Source: Stegostoma tigrinum
Lineage: Eukaryota
Length of the DNA: 64,000 bases
Reading direction: 5' to 3'
Assembly (NCBI RefSeq): GCF_030684315.1
Contig: NC_081400.1
Coordinates: forward strand, 7,817,464 to 7,881,463
The notes below the pieces were generated by a model. That model was not told where the DNA came from. It saw only the letters and a list, made by a program, of their open reading frames with translations, and ran no database searches. Both the position numbers and the translations under genes were made by a program. This document shows, in pieces, positions 50,640 to 62,409 of the stretch (the first letter of the stretch is position 1; each line of letters begins with the position of its first letter).

Positions 50640-52250
50640 CTGACTCTGTAGACATATCATTCTTGAACTGCCTATATTAGCCCTGATGAGCAATGCCATT
50701 CCCCTGCCTCGTTTTCCACCCTCCATCTTTCTTTTAAAGCATCTAAATCCCAAAACTTCCAACGACCACTCCTCCCCCTGAGTTACCCAAGTGTTTGTAA
50801 TGGCGACAACACTGTAGTTCCAAGTTCCCACCCATACTCGAACTCATCCGCCTTATTTCTGATACTTCTAGCATTGAAGTGTACACACCTCAAACTACCT
50901 CTGTGTCCACAATTACGCTCCTTCGACCGCGTTTCTTTATAAACAACCTCACTCCCGGTTGTGTCTGTTGGAATGCTGAATACCTCATCCTCTGAATTAC
51001 AAATCCGGTTCCCCACCCCCTGCCAATCTAGTTTAAACCGTCCCGTACAGCTCGAGCAAACCTCCCTCTCAGGATATTTGTGTCCTTCCGGTTCAGGTGC
51101 AACCCATCCTCACTGTACAGGCCACACCTTCCCCAGAATGTGCTCCATTACCCACATAATGGAAGCCCTCCCTCTTACACCAGCCCTGTAGCCACGTGCT
51201 TAGCTGCACTCTCTCTCTATTTCTTACCTCATGGCACTGGTATGAGAGGTAGCTACCCTGTTTGTCCTGGACTTCAGCTTCCAAACTAACTCTCTGTACT
51301 CGTTTTTCACATTCTCAGTCCTTTTTCTATCCATGTCATTGGTACCGATGTGTACCATGACTGCTGATTGCTCACCCTCCCACTTAAGGATCTTGAAGAC
51401 ATGATCCGAGACATATCGGACCCTGGCACCCGGGAGGCAACATGTCATCGTTCATGTCAACAGATCTGCTTGTCTGTGCCTCTTACTGTTCAATCCCCCA
51501 CTACAATTACTCTCCTATTCTCACCCATTCCCTTCTGTGCCACAGGGTCAGGCTCAGTGCCAGAGACCTGTCCGCTATGGCCTTCCCCTGGCAGGTTGTC
51601 CCCCACAACAATATCCAAAACGCTATCCTTATTATTGAGGGGAACGACCACAGAGGATCCCTGCACTGTCTGCCTATTCCCTTTCCCCTTCTTGACAGTC
51701 ACCCAGCTACCTTTCGCCTGTACCTTGGGTGTGACCACCTCCCTATAACTCCACTTTATCACCCTCTCAGTCTCCCGCATGATCAAGAGTCCATCCAGCT
51801 CCAGCTCCAGTTCCCTAACGCAGTTTTTGAAGAGTTGGAGTTGGGTGCACTTCTCACAGGTGAAGCCAGAGGGGACACCAGCAGTGACCCTTACCTCCCA
51901 CATCCTACAACTGCCTGAGCTTCCATTCCCTCTACTCTAGATTTCCAGAAGAATTAAAAAAAATCCTTACCTTACCGATACTCCACACAGTCTATTTTTC
52001 TTTGTTGGTGGAGGAGGGTGGGTGGGAGACAATACGCGGGCCATGTTGTGGGTTTAGCCAATGCCCGAACATATCGGTTTCTTCCTGGCTCGCGTTCTCT
52101 CCACACACCAGCCGCTGGAAAGAAGAGGTAAATTTTTATACTGGAAGGAAAAAACAAGCTTTCCTTCCCATCGACACTCTGGCTCACGCGGCTGCCACCG
52201 AAAACAAGAGGGAACAGTTCTCTCTCTGTCTCTGGGATGCAGCATAAAAG
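50640..52250 (-). mobile_element. CR1 5' part: ORF1 (zinc finger/leucine zipper + SGNH esterase) and start of endonuclease
   Basis: FTCEKCTQLQL..RELELELD; VIVVGD; CCLPGARV..VHIGTND; CVHFNARSIRNK. Confidence 0.85.
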
Positions 52251-53872
52251 AAACTTGAGTTTTCTCTCTGCTGCTCGATTGTTTCTTTCGATGTTCCTTT
52301 CTCTTGGATTGGAAGGGATCTATCACTTGAGGACATCTGTTTTGCTGTCTTTGTGTCGACCAACGTTGTGGGTTTATGGCATGCTGCTCTATTGGAATGG
52401 TTGGGTATGTGTACTTAAAGAACATGTTAATTATTGAGGGTGTTACTGGCAGTGGAAGGGATGAATTACAAGGAATAGGCTGCAATAGGCTGGGACTTTA
52501 TTTCCCTGGAGCTCAGGAAACTGACCTTATACAGTTATTTAAAAAATCATGACGGGCACATTTAATGTGAACAGCCAAGGTCTTCTTTCTCTCCCAGGGC
52601 CTATCAAGGGAACCCCTAAGATTCCAAAATTAGAGGACATCGTTTAAGATGAAAAAGGAAAGATTTAAAAGTAACCTAAGGGGCAACTTTTTCAGGCAGA
52701 GGGTGGTGTGTGTATGGAATAATTTACCACAGGAAGTGGTGGAGGCTGATAACTTTACATTTAAAAGACATCTGGATAGGTACATGAACTGGAAGGGTTT
52801 AGAAGGGTATACATCAGATAACTTGGGTTATTTTCTTTCCAGCAGAGTAGGCTGGGGCTGCATTATTGAGTTATAGAAGGAGTGTGGATAGAATGGGTAA
52901 GAAGCAGACATTCCCATTTGTTGAAAGGTCAACAACGATCAAGCATAACTTTGAGGTACGGCCGGAAGCTTTGAGAAGATTTGAGGAAAATCATTTTCAC
53001 CTCGTGGTGGTGAATTCCTGGAAGTGTAGCAGAGGTGGGAGCATTGCAAACTTTAGAAAATACTTCAACGAGCTCTTAAAATATTTTGGGCCAAGTGGAG
53101 GGGAACGGGATTATCTTAGGTGGGTCGGCAGAGACATGATGGGCTAAAGGTCTTCTTCTGTGCTGATTGACTTCATAGCTCATTGATTCTATTAGTCACG
53201 TCCTGAACAAGATAAATACACAGAAAGGAATAAACATAAAATGCTATTGGTGGTTAGTAGTAAACATTGTTGCCTTTGTCCTAGTAGACTGTTTTCTCAT
53301 CAGAACAGGGATGCTTTAACATGAGGGTCACCAAATCTTAGGCAAGGGGTGATGTTGCCAACATGAGCTCTTCTTGGAGACCTCAACTGGAACAGATATC
53401 ATGGTACCTTCCAACACAAGTCATCTATCCAGGCAACTAAACTAACCAATCCTAAGATTGACAATGAAGACACTGTGAACCAACTTCAAAGACATTGTTA
53501 AACTGGTAACTTTGCAACAAAGACTGTAGAATATTGTCAAATACAGTGTTATATTGAGAACAACAATGAATGTGAGCACAAACACAGAGAGATATACTCC
53601 ATTGGCCAATTAAATATTGACAATGCTAGTACATACATTTCATGAGAACCAATGCATTGACTCGGTAGATGGTCTGAATTCATAATTATTTAGCACGTAA
53701 TTTAAAAAAGTTTCAATTAGTTCCGAAAAAAAATATCCAATCCAATACTTGATTTTTTTCATTGACTTGCTTTGATACATTGGTTTGTACAATGACACTT
53801 TTAATTGTTAGATGATGCTGAAAAATTGTGAGGTAAGTTGTAGCTGATCACACGACACATGTTAACATGATT

Positions 53873-54403
53873 AAGTGATAATGGGAACTGCAGATGCTGG
53901 AGGATCCAAGATAATAAAATGTGAAGCTGGATGAACACAGCAGGCCAAGCAGTATCTCAGGAGCACAAAAGCTGACGTTTTGGGCCTAGACCCTTCATCA
54001 GAGAGGGAGATGGGGTGAGGGTTCTGGAATAAATAGGGAGAGGGGGGAGGTGGACCGAAGATGGAGAGCAAAGAAGACAGGTGGAGAGGAGAGTATAGGT
54101 GGGGAGGTAGGGAGGGGATAGGTCAATCCAGGGAAGACGGACAGGTCAAGGAGGTGGGATGAGGTTAGTAGGTAGGAGATGGAGGTGCGGCTTGGGGTGG
54201 GAGGAAGGGATGGGTGAGAGGAAGAACAGGTTAGGGAGGCAGAGACAGGCTGGACTGGTTTTGGGATGCAGTGGGGGGAGGGGGGATTTTGAAGCTGGTG
54301 AAGTCCACATTGATACCATTGGGCTGCAGGTATCCCAAGCGGAATATGAGTTGCTGTTCCTGCAACCTTTGAATGGCATCCTTGTGGCACTGCAGGAGGC
54401 CAA
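53873..54403 (-). mobile_element. Penelope-like (Neptune-type) 3' fragment
   Basis: LQEQQLIFRLGYLQPNGINVDF; hammerhead motif at 53972-54003 with GAAA changed to AAAA. Confidence 0.8.
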
Positions 54404-54582
54404 CTTTTGTTTCAGTTGGTGATGATAATAATTGAGTGTTAATACACAAATGTCCAGCTGTAGATGTTGGGACAGAGTACTGAAGCCTCCCTTGAGAGCT
54501 GGTGGAATTTACTTGAAAATATCCTATCATAATATTAACAATACTTGTAAAGGCAAAACAAATTATGGAATGCAATTGTTCC

Positions 54583-56560
54583 TTAGCTCGCCAAGCTGAT
54601 TGTTATGTGGCGTGCAGATGGTTAGTTACCTTTCTCGGCAACATCATCAGTGTGAACTCTAACCAAAGTGTTGGTGTTCTGCTTCCTTCTGGATTTATTT
54701 GATCCTCTGGTGTGATGATCTTGTTTGCTTCTGGTTCTGTTGTTTTAGCAGCAGCCTGTATACTGGAGCCTATTTCTATGTGTTTGTTAATGGATTTCTG
54801 TATTGAGAGCCAGGTTTGCAGAAATTCCATTGCAAGCCTGGTGTTCACTTGTCCCACAATGGCCACTTTGTCCCAATTAAACTGATGGCCCTCACTGTCT
54901 GTGTGTAGTGAGACAAGTGAACATTGATCATGTCTGTTTTGTGCCAGCTGGTGTACATGTACCCAGGTCATCAGTTTCCTATGTGTTTGTCGAAAGTGAT
55001 ATTTATTGCTCTCGCTGCATGGTGTTCTGTGTATTACATTGATCTTGTTTGCCGTAGATATGGGGTTTCTAGTCTGTGATAATATTTGGTGCAGTGTTAC
55101 TGTAGATTTATGCGTAATCATAATCTTACGCAGTCTTAGGAGTCTGGTAGTCACATCCAATATATTTTTGATGTTGGGTAGTGTTGCTAGTGTTCGCTGT
55201 TGTACAATGTCATAGGCATCTACGGGTATCTGTATCTTTGTGTAGTGCTCCTCTTTCATTCTTCAGACTTCGGAGGTGTTGCTGTGTGATCCAGCTTGTT
55301 TCAATAGTGTCTTGATGCAGCTCTATTTGGTGGAGTGGTTGCTGTTGCAGTTAAGGATTTGGTCCGTGTGCTTTGCTTTCCTGTATACTTGTGTCCAGAA
55401 TTCTCTGTCACTCAGCCTGTCTACCATTACGTCTTAGAGCGGGAGTTGTTTGTGGTTATCTTCCCCTCTCGTGAAATCCATGTTTGTGAAGATGTTTTTG
55501 GCATGTTGTTGGGTTTCTTCTGCCTTTTGTGTTCGATTATTATAGCTATGTCATCTATGTGTCTTACCCATAGTTTAGGTTGGATTACAGGAAGGACTGT
55601 GTGTTCCAATCTCTGCATCACTGCTTCCACGATGAGACCTGAGATGGGTAGTCCCATCGGTGTGCCATTGATCTGTGTGAATATCTGTCTGTTGAATGTG
55701 AAGCAAAAATCTAGCAGTTTCAGTACGTTGCCATTGCCGATGCTGTTCAGGGTCAGTACCCCCGGTCCATCTAATAGTGTGGTGAGTGCCTCTCTGGCTA
55801 ACGGTATGTCAATGATTGTAAATAATGCTGTAAGATCAAAGGAGATCATGATTTCGTCCTCGTCGATTTTTGTACCCTTCAGCTGTGTGAGAAATCCTTG
55901 GGCCGAATGGACTGAGTGTGGAGATCCGCTAATAAGTTGTTTAAGTCTCCGTTGTAATTCTCTCACTAGCTTGTGCTGAGATGTGCCCGGTAAGGAGGCT
56001 TTTGGCTTGAGTGGCATTCTGGTTTCGCGCATCTTGGGGAGTCCGTAGAAGCAGGTAGCGTTTGAACCATCTAGTTTAATTATGATGTAGTCAGCGACGG
56101 TGGTATCTCCTGCATGTTGAAGTCTCGTGAGTATCTGGGTTGTCCTTTACCCAGCTGGGATGTGGAGCATAACGCCACCTGTTGATATGTGGTTGTTTCT
56201 GCGAGTAGTGCCTGTACTTGCTCGATCTAGTCTGCTCCGTTCAGAATCATGGCCATTCATCCTTTGCCCACTGGTACAATTGTGATGTTTCCATCCTTCT
56301 TCAGTCCTTGTAAGGGCCTTTCTCTCTGCTATGCTGAAGGTGTCTGGCTTGTGATTAATTGCTGGCGCTACTGTTTGTCTGATGGCCTGTTGAATTTCAT
56401 CAGTGAGTCCATCGATTTTCAGTGGTGACTCTAGTGGTGCTAAGAAGTCAAGTTTTCACACCTCCCTGTGGTTGCAGTTAGGACAGATTTTTCTGTGTCT
56501 GTGAGCTGTCTGTCAGATAGGTCCCTTCGCCGTGTGTCTGCTTTGTTCCTGCCATTCTGG
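54583..56560 (-). mobile_element. Penelope (Poseidon-like) element: degraded RT and GIY-YIG endonuclease
   Basis: MISFDLTALFT, QINGTPMGLPISG, WVRHIDD (ORF 55427-56032); NVIHRTPC..GHQFNWD..EFLQTW..SINKHIE (ORF 54603-55259). Confidence 0.9.
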
Positions 56561-57279
56561 TTTTGCTGTGGCCTTAAAAAAAACTGCTGGAGTTGTGAGG
56601 ATGAGGAGCCTACCAAAAGACAATCAACTAAGAGAATGGCCCAAAAATATAAACATGTATAGTGTATTCTTTGAAAATATCAACATGTATATGTGAGGAA
56701 GAAGCAAAGGAAAGCCAGCATGTTATTTAAATGGAGAGATGTAGACAGATAGACAGACTCGGATGAGTAATCAAAGCTTGTAAAAATCAGGAACTGCGGA
56801 TGCTGGAAATCACGAACAAAAACAGAAGTTGCTGGAAAGGTTCAGCATCTGTGAAGAAAAAATCAGAGTTAACATTTTGTTCCGGTGACCCTTCCTCAGT
56901 TTTTGTTTTTGATCAAATCTTGTTTTGTTTTGCTTGTAATTATGTCATCTCTCTCTGAAGCAGAGGGATGCAATTCTGTAGATGCACTTTTACCAATAAA
57001 ATCAAAGAATATTAAACAAATAAATGAAATTGCAATCGAATTGACAGAAGAAAATCACTTAATACACAATTTCAAAGCTTATTTTGCTCATACAATAAAG
57101 TTTTAACTCATTGGTATCAACTTTTCAGTGTAAAGCCTCTTACCTCATTATGTACATATTCCCTGACAAAACACTGCCTTCTGCAGTAAACCTACCCTAA
57201 GAACTTCGTAGGTCTGCTCAGGACTGAAAGTAAAACTGAAACCGAATTTGTTTCCTATGATCTTTGAATACCTGCACTT

Positions 57280-57598
57280 AGGGGCAGCACGGTGGCTCAG
57301 TGGTTAGCACTGTAGCCTCACGGCGCCAGGGACCCACGTTCAATTTCAGCCCAGGCAACTGTCTGTGTGGAGTTTGCACATTCTCCCCGTGTCTGTGTGG
57401 GTTTCCTTCGGGTGCTCCGGATTCCTCCCACAGTCCAAAGATGTGCAGGCTAGATGGATTGGCCATGCTAAATTGCCCGTAGTGTTCAGGGGTGTGTGGG
57501 TTATAGGGGAATGTGTCTGGGTGGGATGATTCAAGGGGCAGTGTGGACCTGTTGGGCCAAACGGCCTGTTACCACACTGTAGGGAATCTAATCTAATC
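57280..57598 (+). mobile_element. Full-length HE1-type V-SINE
   Basis: ggggcagcacggtggctcagtggttagcac head, B box, V domain, CR1-like tail with (atcta)n end. Confidence 0.9.
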
Positions 57599-58845
57599 TT
57601 AACAAAAATGATTTGGAGAAGTGTATCTAAACACAATCCTTGAGGCTTCATTATTTATCTTGTTGAGATAGAAACCAGCTGCAATAAGTATCAAGATCCA
57701 TCAGATGTTCACAAAGAGCTATTCAGTCAAAAGCCAAGCCTCAAAAACTGTTTTAAAAAGAATTAGTGTGGCTACAGAACTACTTACGTGTTAACCATTC
57801 CCTTCATATCCACAGAACAGTCAACAAGTTTCTGGTACAATTGAAAATTAAAACACATCCATTAATGCGTCAACCAAACAGAGGCGGACCATGGAATTCC
57901 TGCAGGCCCGGTATTCCAACCGAAACTCCATCAACAAACACGTTGAATTCGACCCCATGTACAAACCACTGAGAAACAGAACCTATGTAATACCAACCAC
58001 TCCAGCAAAGCGAGGCATATAAATAACAAGCAGGACAGAATCCTGGCGCTTCACCGCAGGCACACTGGCCATGTTACCGAGCAGGGTAATGCATCGTCTC
58101 CCACCAAACCCATCAGCATGGCATGTCCACAACCTCATTCCTACAATCTGAAGATAAATAAATGTTATTAATTATATGTGTAAATGTAACAATGAGACAG
58201 CTATCATCAGGCACCCTTGCCGACACTACACACACCCCAAAAAAACTAAGGCAAAAATGCAACTTAAAAACATATTTCAAAAGAAACTTACCGTTACAGC
58301 CGTGACTCAGTAACACAACTTCCATGTCACTATTAATTATAGATTTAGTTGCATAGCGATATTTTTCACATGCTACAGAGTTGCTGCCATTTACTGTCTC
58401 TAGAAAGCATCCAGGATGACTTTTTTCCTTCCCAGGAGAATGGCCAATTTTGAACATTTACAGTTGGAGAATTAAGCTCTTGTATTAATTTATTTTTTCT
58501 AACAAAAATCAAAGAATTGCCGTGTGTATCTGAGTGGAAAACACATTTGTGGTGTTGCTCTCTCCCTTTCCCCTGACACTCACATGATCGACCCAAAATG
58601 CTCCCATCGACAACTAAAAGTGCCCTAAAATTGCTCTAACATGAAAAATGACTTTATTTTAGTGTTGATGTAGTTCAGTTTAATAAAAAGAGATTAATTC
58701 CTAAAAATGGGTATTGCTTGAAAATACGACTTTCCCTGCTGAATTGAAGCATTTCTGTCGATTGTTTCCATTACACTTTACTTGAAAAGATGAGCAGTTA
58801 AGATTAAATAATTTTCCTAGAGATATTTTTCTCAACCTATGATAG

Positions 58846-61165
58846 CTAGACCTGTTTATCCACCCCTTCTAAGCCATACATTACCTCGTAAGTTTCTATT
58901 AGATCTCCCCTCAACCTTCTAAACTCGAATGAATATGATTCCAGGATCCTTAGCCATTCATCATACGTTAAACCTACTATTCCAGGGATCATCTGTGTGA
59001 ATCTCTGCTGGACATGCCCTACCTGAGGTGTGGGGCCCAAAATGGGACACAATATTCTAAATGGGGCATAACTAGAGCCTTATAAAGCCTCAGAAGCACA
59101 TCGCTGCTTTTATTTTCCAACCCTCTTGAGATAAACAACAACATTACATTCGCTTTCTTAATCACGGACTCTACCTGCAAGTTAACCTTTAGAGAATCCT
59201 GGACCGACACTCCCAGATCCCTTTATACTTATGCTTTATGAATTTTCTCACCGTTTAGAAAATAGTCCATGCCTGTATTCTTTTTTCCAAAGTGCAAACC
59301 TCACATTTACTCACATTGAATTTCATCAGCTATTTCCTGGACCACTCTCCTAAACTGTCTAAATCTTTCTGCAGCTTCCCCACCTCCTCAGTACTACCTG
59401 CCTGTCCACCTATCCTCGTATCATCGGCAAACTTCACCACAACGCCCCCAGTCCCTTCATCCAGATCATTAATATATAAGGTGAACAGCTGTGGCCCCAA
59501 CACTGAACCCTGTGGGACACCACTCGTCACCGGTTGCCATTCCGAAAAAGAGCCTTTTATCCCAACTCTCTGCCTTCTGTCAGACAACCAATCCTCAATC
59601 CAAGCCAGTAGCTCACCTCGAACACCATGGGCCCTCACCTTGCTCAGCAGCCTCCCGTGAGGCACCATATCAAAGGCCTTTTGGAAGTCTAGATAGATAA
59701 CATCTACTGGATTTCCCTGGTCTAACATACGTGTTACCTCTTCAAAGAATTCTAACAGGTTTGTCAGGCACGACCTCCCCTTACTAAATCCATGCTGACT
59801 TGTTTGAATCTGACCCTGCACTTCCAGGAATTTAGAAATCTCATCCTTGACAATGGATTCTAGAATTTTACCAACTACCGAGGTTAGGCTAATCGGCCTA
59901 TAATTTTCCATCTTTTGCCTTGATCCTTTCTTAAACAAGGGGGTTACAACAGCAATTTTCCAATCATCTGGGGCTTTCCCTGACTCCAGTGACTTTTGAA
60001 AGATCACAACCAAAGCCTCTGCTATTTCCTCAGCCACCTCCCTCAGAACTCTAGGATGTAGCCCATCAGGGCCAGGAGATTTATCAATTTTTAGACCCTT
60101 TAGCTTTTCTAGCACTTTCTCTTTTGTAATGCCTACCATACTCAACTCTGCCCCCTGGCTCTCCCTAATTGTCGGCATACTACTCATGCCTTCCACTGTG
60201 AAGACTGACGCAAAGTACTTATTACGTCCTTCAGCTATTTCCTTATCTCCCGTCACTAGCCTTCCAGCATCAATTTGGAGGACCCAATGTCTACTTTTGC
60301 CTCTCATTTGTTTCTTATGTATTTAAAGAAGCTTTTACTCTCATTTCTAATATTACTAGCTAGCCCACCTTCATATTTGATCTTCTCCTTCCTTATTGCT
60401 CTCTTTGTTATCCTCTGTTTGTTTTTGTAGCCTTCCCAATCTTCTGATTTCCCAGTGCTGTTGGCCACTTTATAGGCTGTCTCTTTCTCTTTGATCCATT
60501 TCCTGACTTTCTTTGTCAGCCATGGCTGTCTAATGCCACCCCGGATAATCTTTCTTTTCTTTGGGATGAACCTCTGTACTGTGTCCTTAATTACACCCAG
60601 AAGCTCCTGCCATTGTTGCTCTACTGCCTTCCCCGCTAGGATCTGCTTCCAGTTGATTTTCGTCAATTCCTCTCTCATGCCCCTGTAATTACCTTTATTT
60701 AACTGTAACACTATTACATCTGATTTTGCCTTCTCTCTTTCAAACTGCAGACTGAACACTACCGTATTATGATCGCTGCCTCCTAAGTGTTCCCTTACTT
60801 TAAGGTCTTTTATAAAGTCTGGCTCATTACATAGCACTAAGTCCAGAATAGCCTGCTCCCTTGTGGGCTCCATCACGAGCTATTCCAAAAAGCCATCCTG
60901 CAAACTTACCATGAATTCCCTTTCTTTGGATCCACTGGCAACATTATTCACCCAGTCCACCTGCATATTGAAGTCCCCCATGATCACCGTGACCTTGCCT
61001 TTCTGACATGCCCTATCTATTTCTCGGCGCATCTTGCGCCCCTGGTCCTGATCACTGTTAGGAGGTCTGTACATAACTCCCATTATAGTTTTTTTGCCTT
61101 TGTGGTTCCTCAATTCCACCCACACAGACTCCACATCCTCTGACCCTATGTCATTCAGTGATTCA
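58846..61165 (-). mobile_element. Relatively young CR1 ORF2 (endonuclease C-terminal part + RT), few lesions
   Basis: IMGDFN, ILDLVLCN, GGSDHN, KSPGPDG, NYRPISLTS, YLDFQKAFD, GVPQGSVLGP, KFADDT across ORFs 60880-61134, 60304-60876 and 59330-60307. Confidence 0.95.
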
Positions 61166-61350
61166 GAATTAGGCTACTCAACATAATTGAGTCTCCTTGG
61201 TTATTCAATCATGGCAGATATGATTCTCAATCCCGTTTTCCTGCCTTTGCCCCGTTACATTTTTTTTAAAGTGAGAGGGAAAAGATTTAAAAGGGACCTG
61301 AAAGATAACGTTTTTTTTCACACACGGGGTGGTTCGTAAGTGGAATGAAC

Positions 61351-61775
61351 CGGATGTGAGTTTGTGCGCTGAGCTGGATGGTTAGTTTTCAGACGTTTCG
61401 TCACCATTCTAGGTAACATCATCAGTGAGCCTCTGACGAAGTGCTGGTGTTATGTCCCGCTTTCTGTTTATCTGGTTAGGTTTCCTTGGGTTGGATATGT
61501 CATTTCCTGTGTTGGTGATGTCACTTCCTGTTCTTTTTCTCAGGGGATGGTAGATTGGCTCCAAATCAATGTGTTTGTTGATGGAGTTCCGGTTGGAATG
61601 CCACGCTTCTAGGAATTCTCGTGCGTGTCTCTGTTTGGCTTGTCCTAGGATGGATGTGTTGTCCCAATCAAAGTGGTGTCCTTCCTCATCTGTATGTAAG
61701 GATACGAGTGATAGTGGGCCATGTCGTTTTGTGGCTAGTTGATGTTCATGTGTCCTGGTGGCTAGCTTTCTGCCT
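61351..61775 (-). mobile_element. Penelope (Poseidon-like) 3' fragment
   Basis: Near-identical to 46835-47240; carries the hammerhead motif. Confidence 0.8.
61389..61428 (-). ncRNA. Minimal hammerhead ribozyme motif (second Penelope family)
   Basis: Exact reverse complement of 41291-41330. Confidence 0.72.
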
Positions 61776-61810
61776 GTTTCTCAGCAACAAACCCAAACAA
61801 ACAGAGTTCT

Positions 61811-61842
61811 CTCTGATGAAGGGTCTAGGCCTGAAACGTCAG
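61811..61842 (+). ncRNA. Minimal hammerhead ribozyme motif (first family)
   Basis: CTGATGA-a-GGGT-ctag-GCCT-GAAACGTC-ag; core intact. Confidence 0.62.
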
Positions 61843-62409
61843 CTTTTGTGCTCCTGAGATACTGCTTGGCCTGCTGTGTTCATCCAGCTTCACACTTTAT
61901 TAGTTTGAGATGAGTTGGACCGAAAGATCTGTTTCCCTGTATCTCCAAAACTCCACGATTCTATAACTGTATGACTTAGTTTGAAGGAAAAATGTTGGCT
62001 ACATCTTGAACTTACTCATAAACTGTATTATAACATCTTTAAGAATAGTTCAAATAGTTTTTTGAGACAGAGACAAACCTGTAATTTTGTGCTTTTTGAT
62101 TATCTATATTTTTCTTTTAGAGATGATTTACATTAACTATTTTCCAATATAAAGGGGCCTGCTCCGGAGTTAATAAGCATTCAAAATGAAAAATAACACA
62201 GAAGCTATTTCAGGAGGCCCGTCTTTTATAACCCGACATGCAACCCAATTGGACTCGGGCACTTGTTTACTCGCCATTCCTACAATTCATTTAATAATGT
62301 ATCGCACATAATTTTAAATTTTGTTATCATTTTGAATTGTAACCCCAAGGATTGCATATTCTGAATCTTGAGTATTAACTTTTGAAAACCAAACGACTTC
62401 AACAACTAT

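Larger units (their letters stand above)
40060..62405 (-). pseudogene. SAMD9/SAMD9L-like pseudogene, shredded by TE insertions (remnants about 61980-62405, 58140-58845, 57600-57870, 56910-57277, 54404-54582, 53460-53872, 50108-50640, 48480-49110, 42330-42790, 41100-41460, 40060-40610)
   Basis: Minus-strand translations of the non-repeat islands match recalled SAMD9 motifs in the correct order, e.g. KKHKITGLSL, KKSSWMLS, NGKFLLKYV, PDDSCLIVTF, INGCVL, QFYFQS, EQLHSIICFA, LQYSVPTSTA, YLSDTGQII, LQMLLKIIDRA, MAGILF*, TTLGYYL. Many stops and frameshifts. Confidence 0.72.
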
